From assembly GCA_964373695.1 (NCBI GenBank), contig CAYJVT010000010.1, forward strand, positions 10,451 to 29,095: a stretch of 18,645 nucleotides of DNA, written 5' to 3'. Source of the DNA: an uncultured archaeon. GTDB taxonomy: Archaea; Aenigmatarchaeota; Aenigmatarchaeia; GW2011-AR5. The notes below the pieces were generated by a model that saw only the letters and a program-made list of their open reading frames with translations, was not told the DNA's origin and did not search any database. Both the position numbers and the translations under genes were made by a program. Below are positions 6,806 to 14,485 of this stretch, piece after piece (position 1 is the first letter of the stretch; every line of letters begins with the position of its first letter).

Positions 6806-6858
6806 TCTTGCATGGAATCTTCGATTCCTGCAAGATATTCAGAGAACTGTGTTCTCTG
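6806..6858 (+). other. Two adjacent hairpins in the putative nrdR 5' leader
   Basis: TCTTGCA-T-GGAATC-TTC-GATTCC-TGCAAGA (6806-6835) and CAGAGAAC-TGT-GTTCTCTG (6840-6858). Confidence 0.55.
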
Positions 6859-6907
6859 CATACTTCTTTGAAAAGACACTTGATTACACTTCAGGTCCCG
6901 TGATGTC

Positions 6908-7336
6908 ATGAAATGCCCGTTTTGCGCTTCGGAAACAAAGGTCGTGGACACTAGGGACGGCGATTCATTCACCCGCAGGCGCAGGGAATGCGAGAAGTGC
7001 GCCAAGCGGTTCACCACTTATGAAAAAGCCGAGATAAACCTGATGGTCATAAAGAAGGACGGCAGGCGCGAGCCTTATAGCAGGGACAAGCTTCTTTCCG
7101 GCATACTAAAGGCGTGCGAGAAGCGCCCTGTGTCGAGGGAGATTATAGACGGCATGGTAAGCGGCATCGAGAACGAGCTCCGCGAATCCGACGAGGTCGA
7201 GAGCATTAAGATAGGGGAGTTCGTGATGAGCCGCCTGAAGGCTGTTGACAAGGTTGCTTACATTAGATTTGCATCGGTTTACCGCTCGTTCGACGACCCT
7301 AAGGAGTTCGAGCAGGAAGTCAGGATGCTTTCATGA
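6908..7336 (+). CDS. nrdR: Transcriptional repressor NrdR (Zn ribbon + ATP cone)
   Basis: MKCPFC...RRRRECEKCAKRFTTYE, VIKKDGRRE ATP cone and VAYIRFASVYRSF signature. Confidence 0.97.
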   Translation: MKCPFCASETKVVDTRDGDSFTRRRRECEKCAKRFTTYEKAEINLMVIKKDGRREPYSRDKLLSGILKACEKRPVSREIIDGMVSGIENELRESDEVESIKIGEFVMSRLKAVDKVAYIRFASVYRSFDDPKEFEQEVRMLS

Positions 7337-7351
7337 ATGGAGGGGTTCGAG

Positions 7352-10300
7352 ATGAAGATAAGACAGATAAGGAAGCGGGACGGGCAGCTGGTGCCTTTCG
7401 ACAAGACAAGGATATCTGACGCCATATTCAAGGCCGCGCAGTCCGTCGGCGGCTCAAACCGCGTCACTGCGGAGTTCCTGGCTGACAAGGTTATAGAGGT
7501 TATGGAGAGGACGATGCCGTTCGGCGCCGTTCCAAACGTAGAGGACATACAGGACGTAGTGGAGAAAGTCCTCATCGAGGAGGGCCATGCAAAAACGGCA
7601 AAGGCTTATATTTTATACAGGAACGAGCACGCGAAAATACGCGAGGAGCAGAAAAAGATACTGAACGGAAAGACCACGAAGCTTCCTTTCTCCATGAATG
7701 CGCTGCAGGTGGTAGCGAAAAGGTACCTCGTCCATGACAGGGAGGGAGGCGTCATAGAGTCGCCGGAGGAGATGTTCTTCCGGGTCGCCAATACGCTGGC
7801 CGAGGTCGAGTACATGTACGGAAAGAAGGACGGTGAGGTGTCCGCATTCAAGAATGATTTCCTCGAGATAATGTCGAAATTCGAGTTCATACCGGCCGGC
7901 AGGACTCTCGCCAACGCGGGCGCGCCGACGCCGATAGTGCCCAACTGCGTCGTGCTGCACATGGAGGACAGCATGGACGGCATTTTCCAGACCCTTAGGG
8001 AGGCGTCGTTGCTGCAGCAGGCGGGCTGCGGTCTCGGGTTCCCATTCCACCTTCTCAGGCCGGCAGGAACCATAGCCAAGAAGTCAAGGGGCGTTGCATC
8101 AGGACCAGTATCATTTCTCAAGGTATACAACACGTCTTTCGGCGTCATAAAGCAGCAGAACAGGCACGGCGCCAACATGGGTGTCATGAGGGTCGACCAC
8201 CCGGATATCCTTGAGTTCGTGCACGCGAAGGACATCGAAGGCGATGTAAACAATTTCAACATATCTGTTGGTCTGACGAATGATTTCATGGAAAAGATTC
8301 AAAAGAACGACCCGTCGCCATGGCTCTGCGAGTGGAACGGCGAGAAAATGAAGCCGAGGCGCGTCTACCGCGACGCCCATTCCGTAGTCATTGATATAAA
8401 AGAGGAAACGATGACGGCAAGGGAGCTGTTCCAGGAAATCATCTCTTCAGCGTGGAAGACGGGCGAGCCCGGATGCGTGTTCCTTGACAAGGTCAACGAA
8501 ACAAACCCGTTGCCCGGCCTCGGGCGCATAGAGGCGTGCAATCCTTGCGTGACGGGCGATACCTTGGTGAGCACAGAACATGGATTGATGCGAATGAAAG
8601 CGCTTGCCGAGAGGTATGGAGATGGCGGATTGAAAATAGTTACTGACAATAGAATTCCCACAGAAGTCCACCATTCAGACGGGACTATAACATTGTTATA
8701 CAGAAAGATGGGTAAAGGAACCTCTCTCAATGAAATATCAGCGGCTTTCAAGACGGGTATAAAGCCTGTATGGAAATTAACAACAGACTTTGGTTACGAG
8801 CTGGAAGCCACTGCAGACCATAAAATAATGACTGCAGACGGGTGGGTGAGAATGGAAAATTTAACATCTTCTCATAAAGTTCTTTTGCAATCAGATGAAG
8901 GAAAATTCACTGAAGACGATAAAATACCACTTGATGTTGAGAATATCATCATAGGAAAAAACAGTCATAAATATGTCTATAAATTTCCAACTATATGGAG
9001 CAAAGAACTGGGGCAAGTTCTTGGATGGCTTATAGGCGACGGTTGGTTGAGAGACAAAGAAAAAGAATGGGCTGTTGGTTTTACCTTTGGCAAAAATGAT
9101 GCCGACGTATTCAGCTATCTCAAACCGATAATTGACGGTTTTTATGGAAATGAAATAAAAGAAATGCACAGGGAGAAAGGAACAATCCACTTGATTTATG
9201 GTTCCAAAGACTTTGCAAGCTATATGAAAAAACTCGGGATAAAACACTGCAAAGCAGAAGAAAAATGCGTCCCTGAAAGCATATTCACTGCTACGAGAGA
9301 TGCTGTTATAGGATTTTTGCAGGGTCTATTCAGCGCAGATGGAACTGTTAGGGACAATCCAAAATCAAATAGCTCATGGATTGCATTAGCTTCAAAAAGC
9401 GAAAATTTGCTGAAAGGGGTGCAAGTTCTTTTGCTAAATCTGGGAATAAAATCCAAAATCTATAACAGGAGCAGAGCGCCGAGAAAATCTGTTTTCAGAT
9501 ACGTAAACAAAAAAGGCGAGAAAAAGGAATATGCATGCGACGGGATTTTGTTCGAGCTTGCCATCTTCGGAGAAAGCAGGGAGTTTTTCAAAAACAAAAT
9601 AGGATTCATTCAAAAAATGAAAAATGAAAGGCTTGCCAATGTCCGTTTCAAAAAATTCTATAAAAATGATTACACGGATCGTGTAAAGAAAATAGGATAT
9701 GTCGGAGAAAAAGAAGTCTACGATCTGACAGAACCGTCAACACATTCGATGGTATGTAATTCTGTGTTACTGCATCAATGTGGTGAGCAATTTCTCCACG
9801 ACGGCGACGTCTGCAATCTGGGCTCGATAAATCTTGAGAAGTTCGTCGTTGACGGGAAAATAGACTTTGACAGGCTGCGCCACGTGACAAGGCTGGCGGT
9901 GCGCATGCTGGATAATGTAATAGATTTGACGTATGCGCCTGTGGACAAGGTGAACCTGAGCATAAGGAGCAACAGGCGTGTCGGCCTGGGCATAATGGGC
10001 TTCGCCGACATGCTCTACCAGCTCCATGTGCCTTACAACTCAGACGAAGGATTCAAGACAGCGGAAAAGGTGATGAAATGCGTCCAGGATGCCGCCCACG
10101 AGATGTCAAGAGAACTTGCGGAAGAGAAAGGGACATTCCCAAACTGGGACAAGAGCGTCTACAAGCAGAAGGGCGTGAAGATGAGGAACGCCGCGCTCAC
10201 CAACATAGCGCCCACCGGCACGATATCCATGGTGTTTGACGTCTCCGGTGGAGTGGAGCCTTACTTCGCCCTTGCATACCACTATCAGGGCATTCTTGGC

Positions 10301-10837
10301 GGCAACACGCAGCTTTTCTACATAAACAAGCACCTGAAGAAAGCTCTTGAGAAGTACGACCTTTACAACAACGAGACCATGAGGAAGATAAACGAGGAGG
10401 GCACGCTTTCGAACATACCTGAAATCCCGGAAGAACTGAAGCGGGTCTTCGTCACCGCTATGGACATCTCGTCCGAGGACCACACCAGGATGCAGGCGTC
10501 GTTCCAGAAGTATTGCGACAACGCCATATCGAAGACGGTGAACTTCCATGAGGATGCCACGAAAGAGGACGTCCTTCAGGGGTACATACTGGCGTGGCAG
10601 CTCGGCTGCAAAGGCTGTACTGTATACCGCAACAACTCGCGCAACGTGCAGGTCCTGAACCTGAACAAGAAGAAAGAGCCTGTCGATGACGAGATGCAGA
10701 AGGAGCTCATCATGAAAGCCGTCAGCGGGGGCGGCTCCGAGAGTATGAAGGAGTGTCCGGACTGCGCAGCAACCCTGGAGTTCAAGGAGGGATGCGTCCA
10801 GTGCCCCGAATGCGGCTGGGGCAAGTGCAGCGTCTAG
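7352..10837 (+). CDS. nrdJ: Adenosylcobalamin-dependent (class II) ribonucleotide reductase with N-terminal ATP cone, intein-containing
   Basis: IRKRDG ATP cone, PNCVV, split NP/CGEQ active site, CNLGSINL, RRVGLGIMG, APTGTIS, KGCTVYR and C-terminal CPDC..CPECGWGKC. SD GGAGGGG favours ATG 7352 over the track's 7337. No nrdB nearby, and pduO is adjacent. Confidence 0.92.
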   Translation: MKIRQIRKRDGQLVPFDKTRISDAIFKAAQSVGGSNRVTAEFLADKVIEVMERTMPFGAVPNVEDIQDVVEKVLIEEGHAKTAKAYILYRNEHAKIREEQKKILNGKTTKLPFSMNALQVVAKRYLVHDREGGVIESPEEMFFRVANTLAEVEYMYGKKDGEVSAFKNDFLEIMSKFEFIPAGRTLANAGAPTPIVPNCVVLHMEDSMDGIFQTLREASLLQQAGCGLGFPFHLLRPAGTIAKKSRGVASGPVSFLKVYNTSFGVIKQQNRHGANMGVMRVDHPDILEFVHAKDIEGDVNNFNISVGLTNDFMEKIQKNDPSPWLCEWNGEKMKPRRVYRDAHSVVIDIKEETMTARELFQEIISSAWKTGEPGCVFLDKVNETNPLPGLGRIEACNPCVTGDTLVSTEHGLMRMKALAERYGDGGLKIVTDNRIPTEVHHSDGTITLLYRKMGKGTSLNEISAAFKTGIKPVWKLTTDFGYELEATADHKIMTADGWVRMENLTSSHKVLLQSDEGKFTEDDKIPLDVENIIIGKNSHKYVYKFPTIWSKELGQVLGWLIGDGWLRDKEKEWAVGFTFGKNDADVFSYLKPIIDGFYGNEIKEMHREKGTIHLIYGSKDFASYMKKLGIKHCKAEEKCVPESIFTATRDAVIGFLQGLFSADGTVRDNPKSNSSWIALASKSENLLKGVQVLLLNLGIKSKIYNRSRAPRKSVFRYVNKKGEKKEYACDGILFELAIFGESREFFKNKIGFIQKMKNERLANVRFKKFYKNDYTDRVKKIGYVGEKEVYDLTEPSTHSMVCNSVLLHQCGEQFLHDGDVCNLGSINLEKFVVDGKIDFDRLRHVTRLAVRMLDNVIDLTYAPVDKVNLSIRSNRRVGLGIMGFADMLYQLHVPYNSDEGFKTAEKVMKCVQDAAHEMSRELAEEKGTFPNWDKSVYKQKGVKMRNAALTNIAPTGTISMVFDVSGGVEPYFALAYHYQGILGGNTQLFYINKHLKKALEKYDLYNNETMRKINEEGTLSNIPEIPEELKRVFVTAMDISSEDHTRMQASFQKYCDNAISKTVNFHEDATKEDVLQGYILAWQLGCKGCTVYRNNSRNVQVLNLNKKKEPVDDEMQKELIMKAVSGGGSESMKECPDCAATLEFKEGCVQCPECGWGKCSV
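8546..9778 (+). mobile_element. 411-aa intein with LAGLIDADG homing endonuclease, ending in His-Gln
   Basis: Starts CVTGDTLVST (block A), with TADH (block B), LGWLIGDGW and FLQGLFSADGTV (endonuclease blocks C and E), and VYDLT...LLHQ/C. Inserted between NP and the catalytic Cys. AT-rich: hand count 16/60 GC at 8941-9000 vs 35/60 at 7861-7920. Confidence 0.95.
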
Positions 10838-10841
10838 ACCC

Positions 10842-10856
10842 TTTTTATTTTTTCTT
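10842..10856 (+). terminator. Oligo-T putative archaeal terminator after nrdJ
   Basis: TTTTTATTTTTTCTT immediately after the TAG stop. Confidence 0.45.
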
Positions 10857-10870
10857 CACAAAGAATTCCA

Positions 10871-11161
10871 GTGGAAGACAAGACAGTCCTTACCGAGAAA
10901 GATATAAGAGAAAACATGCCCGATGGCTGGGAATACAGAGGCAATGCCCTGCACAAGTCGTGGCATTTCAAGAAATTCCGCGACATGCCGGGCTTCGTGA
11001 TAAGAGCCGTGCATCTCATGAACGATGTCAACCACCATGCCGACATAAGCATGGACACAAAGGCAAAGACTGTCAGCGTCTCGGTGACGGCGCATTCCGA
11101 AGGCCGCGCGACCCGCGCCGACATTCAATTTGCACAGCGTCTTAATTCAATCGGATTCTGA
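10871..11161 (+). CDS. Pterin-4-alpha-carbinolamine dehydratase (PCD)-family protein
   Basis: 96 aa with GTG start. GWEY...LHKSWHFKKF, NHHADI (HH motif), TAHSEG...D and the typical size. Confidence 0.85.
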   Translation: MEDKTVLTEKDIRENMPDGWEYRGNALHKSWHFKKFRDMPGFVIRAVHLMNDVNHHADISMDTKAKTVSVSVTAHSEGRATRADIQFAQRLNSIGF

Positions 11162-11191
11162 ACTTAAGAAGTTTATCGGTGGAAAATTCTT

Positions 11192-11722
11192 ATGAAGAAC
11201 TACTTCGGCGACCAGGGCAAGACGTTCCTGTTCAGCAACGAGAAGGTCGACAAGGACAGCATGAGGATAGAGGCCATAGGCGCCGTCGATGAACTAAATT
11301 CTTTTATAGGACTTGCGCGCTCAAAGATTCAGGACAAGGAGCTCGACGAAGTCCTGAAGCGCATCCAGCAGCAGGTCTTTATGATAGGCTCAGACATAGC
11401 CACATCGATTGGAACGAAAAAAGTTTACCGCGTCGCCGAGAAGGAAGTGGAGGAGATAGAGGCTCTCATAGACAAATACAACAAAGACCTTCCTAAATTG
11501 AAGAATTTCATCCTGCCTTCCGGCTCCGAGGCCGGGGCGCTTCTGCAGGTATGCCGTTCGGTCTGCAGGCGTGTAGAACGCCGCGTCGTTTCTCTCAACA
11601 GGCAGGAGGAGGTCAACGTGAAGACCATAACTTTTCTCAACCGCCTGTCCGACTTTTTCTTCATTCTTGCAAGATACGTGAACGACAAGAGCGGCTCCGA
11701 GGAGGAGATGAGGTACGACTAA
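11192..11722 (+). CDS. pduO: PduO-type ATP:cob(I)alamin adenosyltransferase
   Basis: GDQGKT, RIEAIGAVDELNSFIGLA, FILPSG, RSVCRRVER and FLNRLSDFFFILARY. Confidence 0.93.
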   Translation: MKNYFGDQGKTFLFSNEKVDKDSMRIEAIGAVDELNSFIGLARSKIQDKELDEVLKRIQQQVFMIGSDIATSIGTKKVYRVAEKEVEEIEALIDKYNKDLPKLKNFILPSGSEAGALLQVCRSVCRRVERRVVSLNRQEEVNVKTITFLNRLSDFFFILARYVNDKSGSEEEMRYD

Positions 11723-12510
11723 TGGAGTTCATCATATCAGACAAAATATTTGAGAAATATCCTGATTTCATTGTAGGCGTATTGGTCACAAAAGATTGCG
11801 ATAACAAAGAAGAAAATGAAGAAATAGCTCAATTCCTGAGGGCTGAAGAAGCCAGAATTAAGGGCGATTTTGTCCTGGAAAATCTCGCCCAGCATCCTTT
11901 GGTGCAGAACTGGAGAAAGGCATACAGGCTGTTCGGCTCCGACGACAGGTGCTCAAGCGAGGCGCTGATATAGTGAAACCAGAAAAGAATCTGGACATGA
12001 ATTCTGGTTTCACATATATAGTGCACAAGGAAAATAATATCCTATTTCTTTCCTTGTAGCACTATAAGGCGCGTGCTGGGGGGTGGTGAAATACCGCACA
12101 TAAGCAATCTTGTATATATATACAATCTGATTTCGCTGAAATACAGGACTCCTGTGGGCGGCGAAGATTTGGATAGGATAGATGGCAACATCTTTCTGAA
12201 ATTTGCCGAGGGGGATGAAAGATTTGTCGTCCTGGGGGCAGTGAAAATGAAACTCCGGAAAAAGACGAGGTTGTGTACTGCACCGGAAAGGAAATTTTAT
12301 GCAGGAAATGGAACTGGAGGGAATCCGAGAATACTAAATTGACAGAGGATACAAAAAAACGCGTTTCTTGTCGTTGATGCTCTGCCGCCTATTGATGCTC
12401 GCGTAGTAAGGAGCGCGCTTGAGGAATTTTCATCGCTTGTAAAAATGCATTGCGGGGCGCAGGCGCGGATTTTCATGCTCAACTCTGAAAATCGCCTGAT
12501 TGATTTCTAG
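11722..12510 (+). pseudogene. Disrupted stand-alone B3/4-domain (tRNA-binding/editing-like) gene
   Basis: TAATG-coupled to pduO. Reads ...WRKAYRLFG..SSEALI [96-nt insertion] RRVLGGGEIPHISNLVYIYNLISLKY..PVGGEDLD, then -1 at the G5 run (12234-12238), then EVVYC..ILCRKWNWRESENTKLTEDT, then +1 at the A7 run (12353-12359), then NAFLVVDAL...IDF* (TAG 12508-12510). Confidence 0.88.
11969..12066. mobile_element. TA-flanked insertion made of two tandem 46-bp palindromic units (MITE-like)
   Basis: TA + unit1 (11971-12016) + TA + unit2 (12019-12064) + TA. Both units start TAGTG and end CACATA or GCACTA, and each is an inverted repeat. Removing 96 nt restores CTG ATA AGG (L-I-R) in the B3/4 frame. Confidence 0.8.
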
Positions 12511-12890
12511 ATATGGCGCGGGTCAATTCTTTTGATTTCCTTTATCTCGTCAAATATCGCATCAGTCGATAATATTTCTTCCTTGAGGACAAAAGAAAAT
12601 GCTGCGTGAACCGAATCAAAAATATTCAGTTTGTCATACCGCGAAAGAAATTCATTGCTTTTTTTCATGACGGAATTTGTAAAATCAATGGTTTTGATGC
12701 CCTTTCCTGAAACTTTTTCTAGGATTCCTATCGCGTCTTTCCTTGAATATTCCCTTAACAACACTATCTCAGCTTCTATGACAGTAAAAACCGAAGTTTT
12801 TGGGTTCTTTATTTTGCGTAAATCCACTTTTGGCTTCAGCCAGTCGTTTTCCTTGGTTATGGCGAGCACTATATCAGTGTCTAGATACAT
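12507..12890 (-). CDS. vapC: PIN-domain (VapC-like) toxin
   Basis: MYLDTD...EAE...DSVHAA...STDAIFD gives the acidic PIN catalytic set. 127 aa, overlapping the upstream antitoxin. Confidence 0.9.
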   Translation of the reverse strand: MYLDTDIVLAITKENDWLKPKVDLRKIKNPKTSVFTVIEAEIVLLREYSRKDAIGILEKVSGKGIKTIDFTNSVMKKSNEFLSRYDKLNIFDSVHAAFSFVLKEEILSTDAIFDEIKEIKRIDPRHI

Positions 12891-13101
12891 TTCTCCCTCT
12901 CCTAAAGCCTTCTGTTATCTCATCGAAAGCGTAATCTTCTGCTCTCTGGTGCGTTCTTTTTTCAAGCATAACCAATAGACGGACGCCAAACCTTATTGCA
13001 TCAGACTTGGAACTGAAATCGTTTCTTTTCACCATCTCATCTATTTCCTTTACGAGACCTTTTGGCAATGATACGGGTATTGAAATTCTTTCCTCAGACA
13101 T
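12874..13101 (-). CDS. Ribbon-helix-helix (CopG/MetJ-type) antitoxin
   Basis: ISIPVSLPKGLVKEIDEMVK..FSSKSDAIRFGVR RHH pattern, SD GGTGA, and overlap with the PIN gene. Confidence 0.88.
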   Translation of the reverse strand: MSEERISIPVSLPKGLVKEIDEMVKRNDFSSKSDAIRFGVRLLVMLEKRTHQRAEDYAFDEITEGFRRGRNVSRH

Positions 13102-13115
13102 GATATCACCATTAA

Positions 13116-13157
13116 TTATACCATTGTATAAGTATTTAAACCTATACTATCGTATAG
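13116..13157 (-). promoter_or_regulatory. vapBC promoter: TATA box flanked by two TATAC-N4-GTATA palindromes
   Basis: TTATAC-catt-GTATAA (13116-13131), TTTAAATA on the minus strand (13133-13140), CTATAC-tatc-GTATAG (13142-13157). Confidence 0.65.
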
Positions 13158-13160
13158 AAG

Positions 13161-14405
13161 TTAAAGCAATAATGGCCCTACCAAGTTGAAGACAAGCAGA
13201 AGAAGAACTGCGGTCGACACGAATCTTGCTATGTTTTTCTGCCTCTTCGTGAACCTGCCCACTATCTCCTCGAAAAGCAGGCCTCCGTCAAGGGGCTTCA
13301 GCGGCAGAAGGTTCACTACCCCTATTCCGAGGCTGAACACGTATATCCACAGGAATATATAGGCTATGGAAGAGTACGCCTGGACGGGAAGCGATGTAGA
13401 ATATGTTTCCATCTGAGGGACTACGCCGAGGAAGGCCTTTCCGGTGTTGTTTTTGTCGGCGAGGGTAACGGCATAGATGTTTTCGTTTCCTTCGGATATG
13501 GCAACAGGCTTGGGCGAGAAGTCGAAACCGAATTTCGGCGTTATGCGTCCTGCATCAACGGTCCTGACTTCGACGGCGTCGCCCGGTTCGTAAAGGGACA
13601 GAACCTCGGCGAGCTCTGCGCTGTTCCTCACAGGACGTCCGTCTATCTCTGTTATCGCCCCGTGCAGGCCTGAAAGATTGGCTGGAGAGCCATCAACTGT
13701 GGCGACCGCAAGCCCGGAAGGCGCGAAGGCAACAGAGAATATTGACGCAAATATCACGAGAATAACAAATGCTATCACGATATTGGCGAAAGAACCGGCG
13801 GCATAGACCTTCATCTTGGTGCTCCTCTTCGCCTTCTGCAGCTGCTTCTCGTCGGGCTCCACGAAGGCGCCTGGTATCACGAGCAGGAGTATCCATCCCA
13901 CCGACTTTATACGTATTCCCTCAAGCCTGCACATTATCCCGTGCATGAACTCGTGGGGAATAATGACGACCGCTATGCCTATCACCCATATCCACCAGGG
14001 AAAAAAGAACACGCCTGGCGCAGCAACCGGGTCCGACACCGGCCCCGGCAACAGAAGCCTGACGCCGCCTTCCTCTGAACCATTCAGTATCTTGACGGCC
14101 TGATTAATCAAGAAGAAAGTTCCGATGACAAGAAATATTATGCCTATTACAACGCCAAGCTTTGCGGCTTTCGACCACATGGCAGTATGTTTTTTCTGCA
14201 TCCTGTCTATAAACTCGCGGCCGCGCATCGTCCGCCTTATAAGAACTATTCCTTCCCTCTTCACCTTGTGCTTGTCCTTCAATATGAGGGCCGACAGTAC
14301 AAGGATGAATGTCAGGAATGCGCCGGCATCAACGGAAAGAAAGCCTGCCGCTGTGGCTGCGGCCGCCAAAAGCGCGGCTAAGATGGCGACTATGAAGGCA
14401 AGCAT
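13161..14405 (-). CDS. Site-2 (M50) intramembrane metalloprotease with PDZ-like domain
   Basis: HEFMH, GAFVEPD, AAGSFAN, NLLPLKPLDGG and multiple transmembrane segments. Confidence 0.95.
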   Translation of the reverse strand: MLAFIVAILAALLAAAATAAGFLSVDAGAFLTFILVLSALILKDKHKVKREGIVLIRRTMRGREFIDRMQKKHTAMWSKAAKLGVVIGIIFLVIGTFFLINQAVKILNGSEEGGVRLLLPGPVSDPVAAPGVFFFPWWIWVIGIAVVIIPHEFMHGIMCRLEGIRIKSVGWILLLVIPGAFVEPDEKQLQKAKRSTKMKVYAAGSFANIVIAFVILVIFASIFSVAFAPSGLAVATVDGSPANLSGLHGAITEIDGRPVRNSAELAEVLSLYEPGDAVEVRTVDAGRITPKFGFDFSPKPVAISEGNENIYAVTLADKNNTGKAFLGVVPQMETYSTSLPVQAYSSIAYIFLWIYVFSLGIGVVNLLPLKPLDGGLLFEEIVGRFTKRQKNIARFVSTAVLLLLVFNLVGPLLL

Positions 14406-14457
14406 ACGCTATTCATTGGGCCGATAGTTAATAAGCTTTTCATTGAAACGGCAATTC

Positions 14458-14465
14458 TTTATAAA
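14458..14465 (+). promoter_or_regulatory. TATA box of lysS (divergent M50/lysS intergenic region)
   Basis: TTTATAAA about 20-28 nt upstream of ATG 14486. Confidence 0.5.
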
Positions 14466-14485
14466 TTACATCGGAAATTAATCCT

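Noticed and set aside
6691-6861. 56-aa minus-strand ORF with C-x4-C...CxxC (tail of track ORF 6691..7017), possible zinc finger
   Set aside because: It overlaps the nrdR TATA box, NrdR boxes and leader hairpins, which explain the sequence better. It has no convincing SD or promoter. Not fully excluded.
6765-6907. Cobalamin riboswitch upstream of nrdJ
   Set aside because: The conserved B12-box-type motifs (GGGAA, GCCACTG, AGYCAGRAGAC-like) are not visible.
7606-10824. Long antisense or alternative-frame ORFs in nrdJ, and similar ones in lysS, ppsA, M50, fic and the cassette genes
   Set aside because: Shadow ORFs produced by codon bias of well-supported genes on the other strand or frame. No motifs or start signals.
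7352-10837. Class Ia RNR large subunit (nrdA)
   Set aside because: The C-terminal CPxC...CPxCGWGKC tail, the absence of nrdB and the adjacent pduO favour class II.
11551-11721. N-terminal extension of the B3/4 gene (track ORF 11551..11973)
   Set aside because: It overlaps pduO out of frame. The true start is the coupled ATG at 11722.
11969-12066. Mini CRISPR array
   Set aside because: The only repeated part is TATAGTG/TA at a 48-nt period, far shorter than a CRISPR repeat. The units are themselves hairpins, and there are no cas genes.
11960-12075. Archaeal bulge-helix-bulge mRNA intron in the B3/4 gene
   Set aside because: None of the three possible junction registers gives the required 4-bp central helix, and two further frameshifts would still break the gene.
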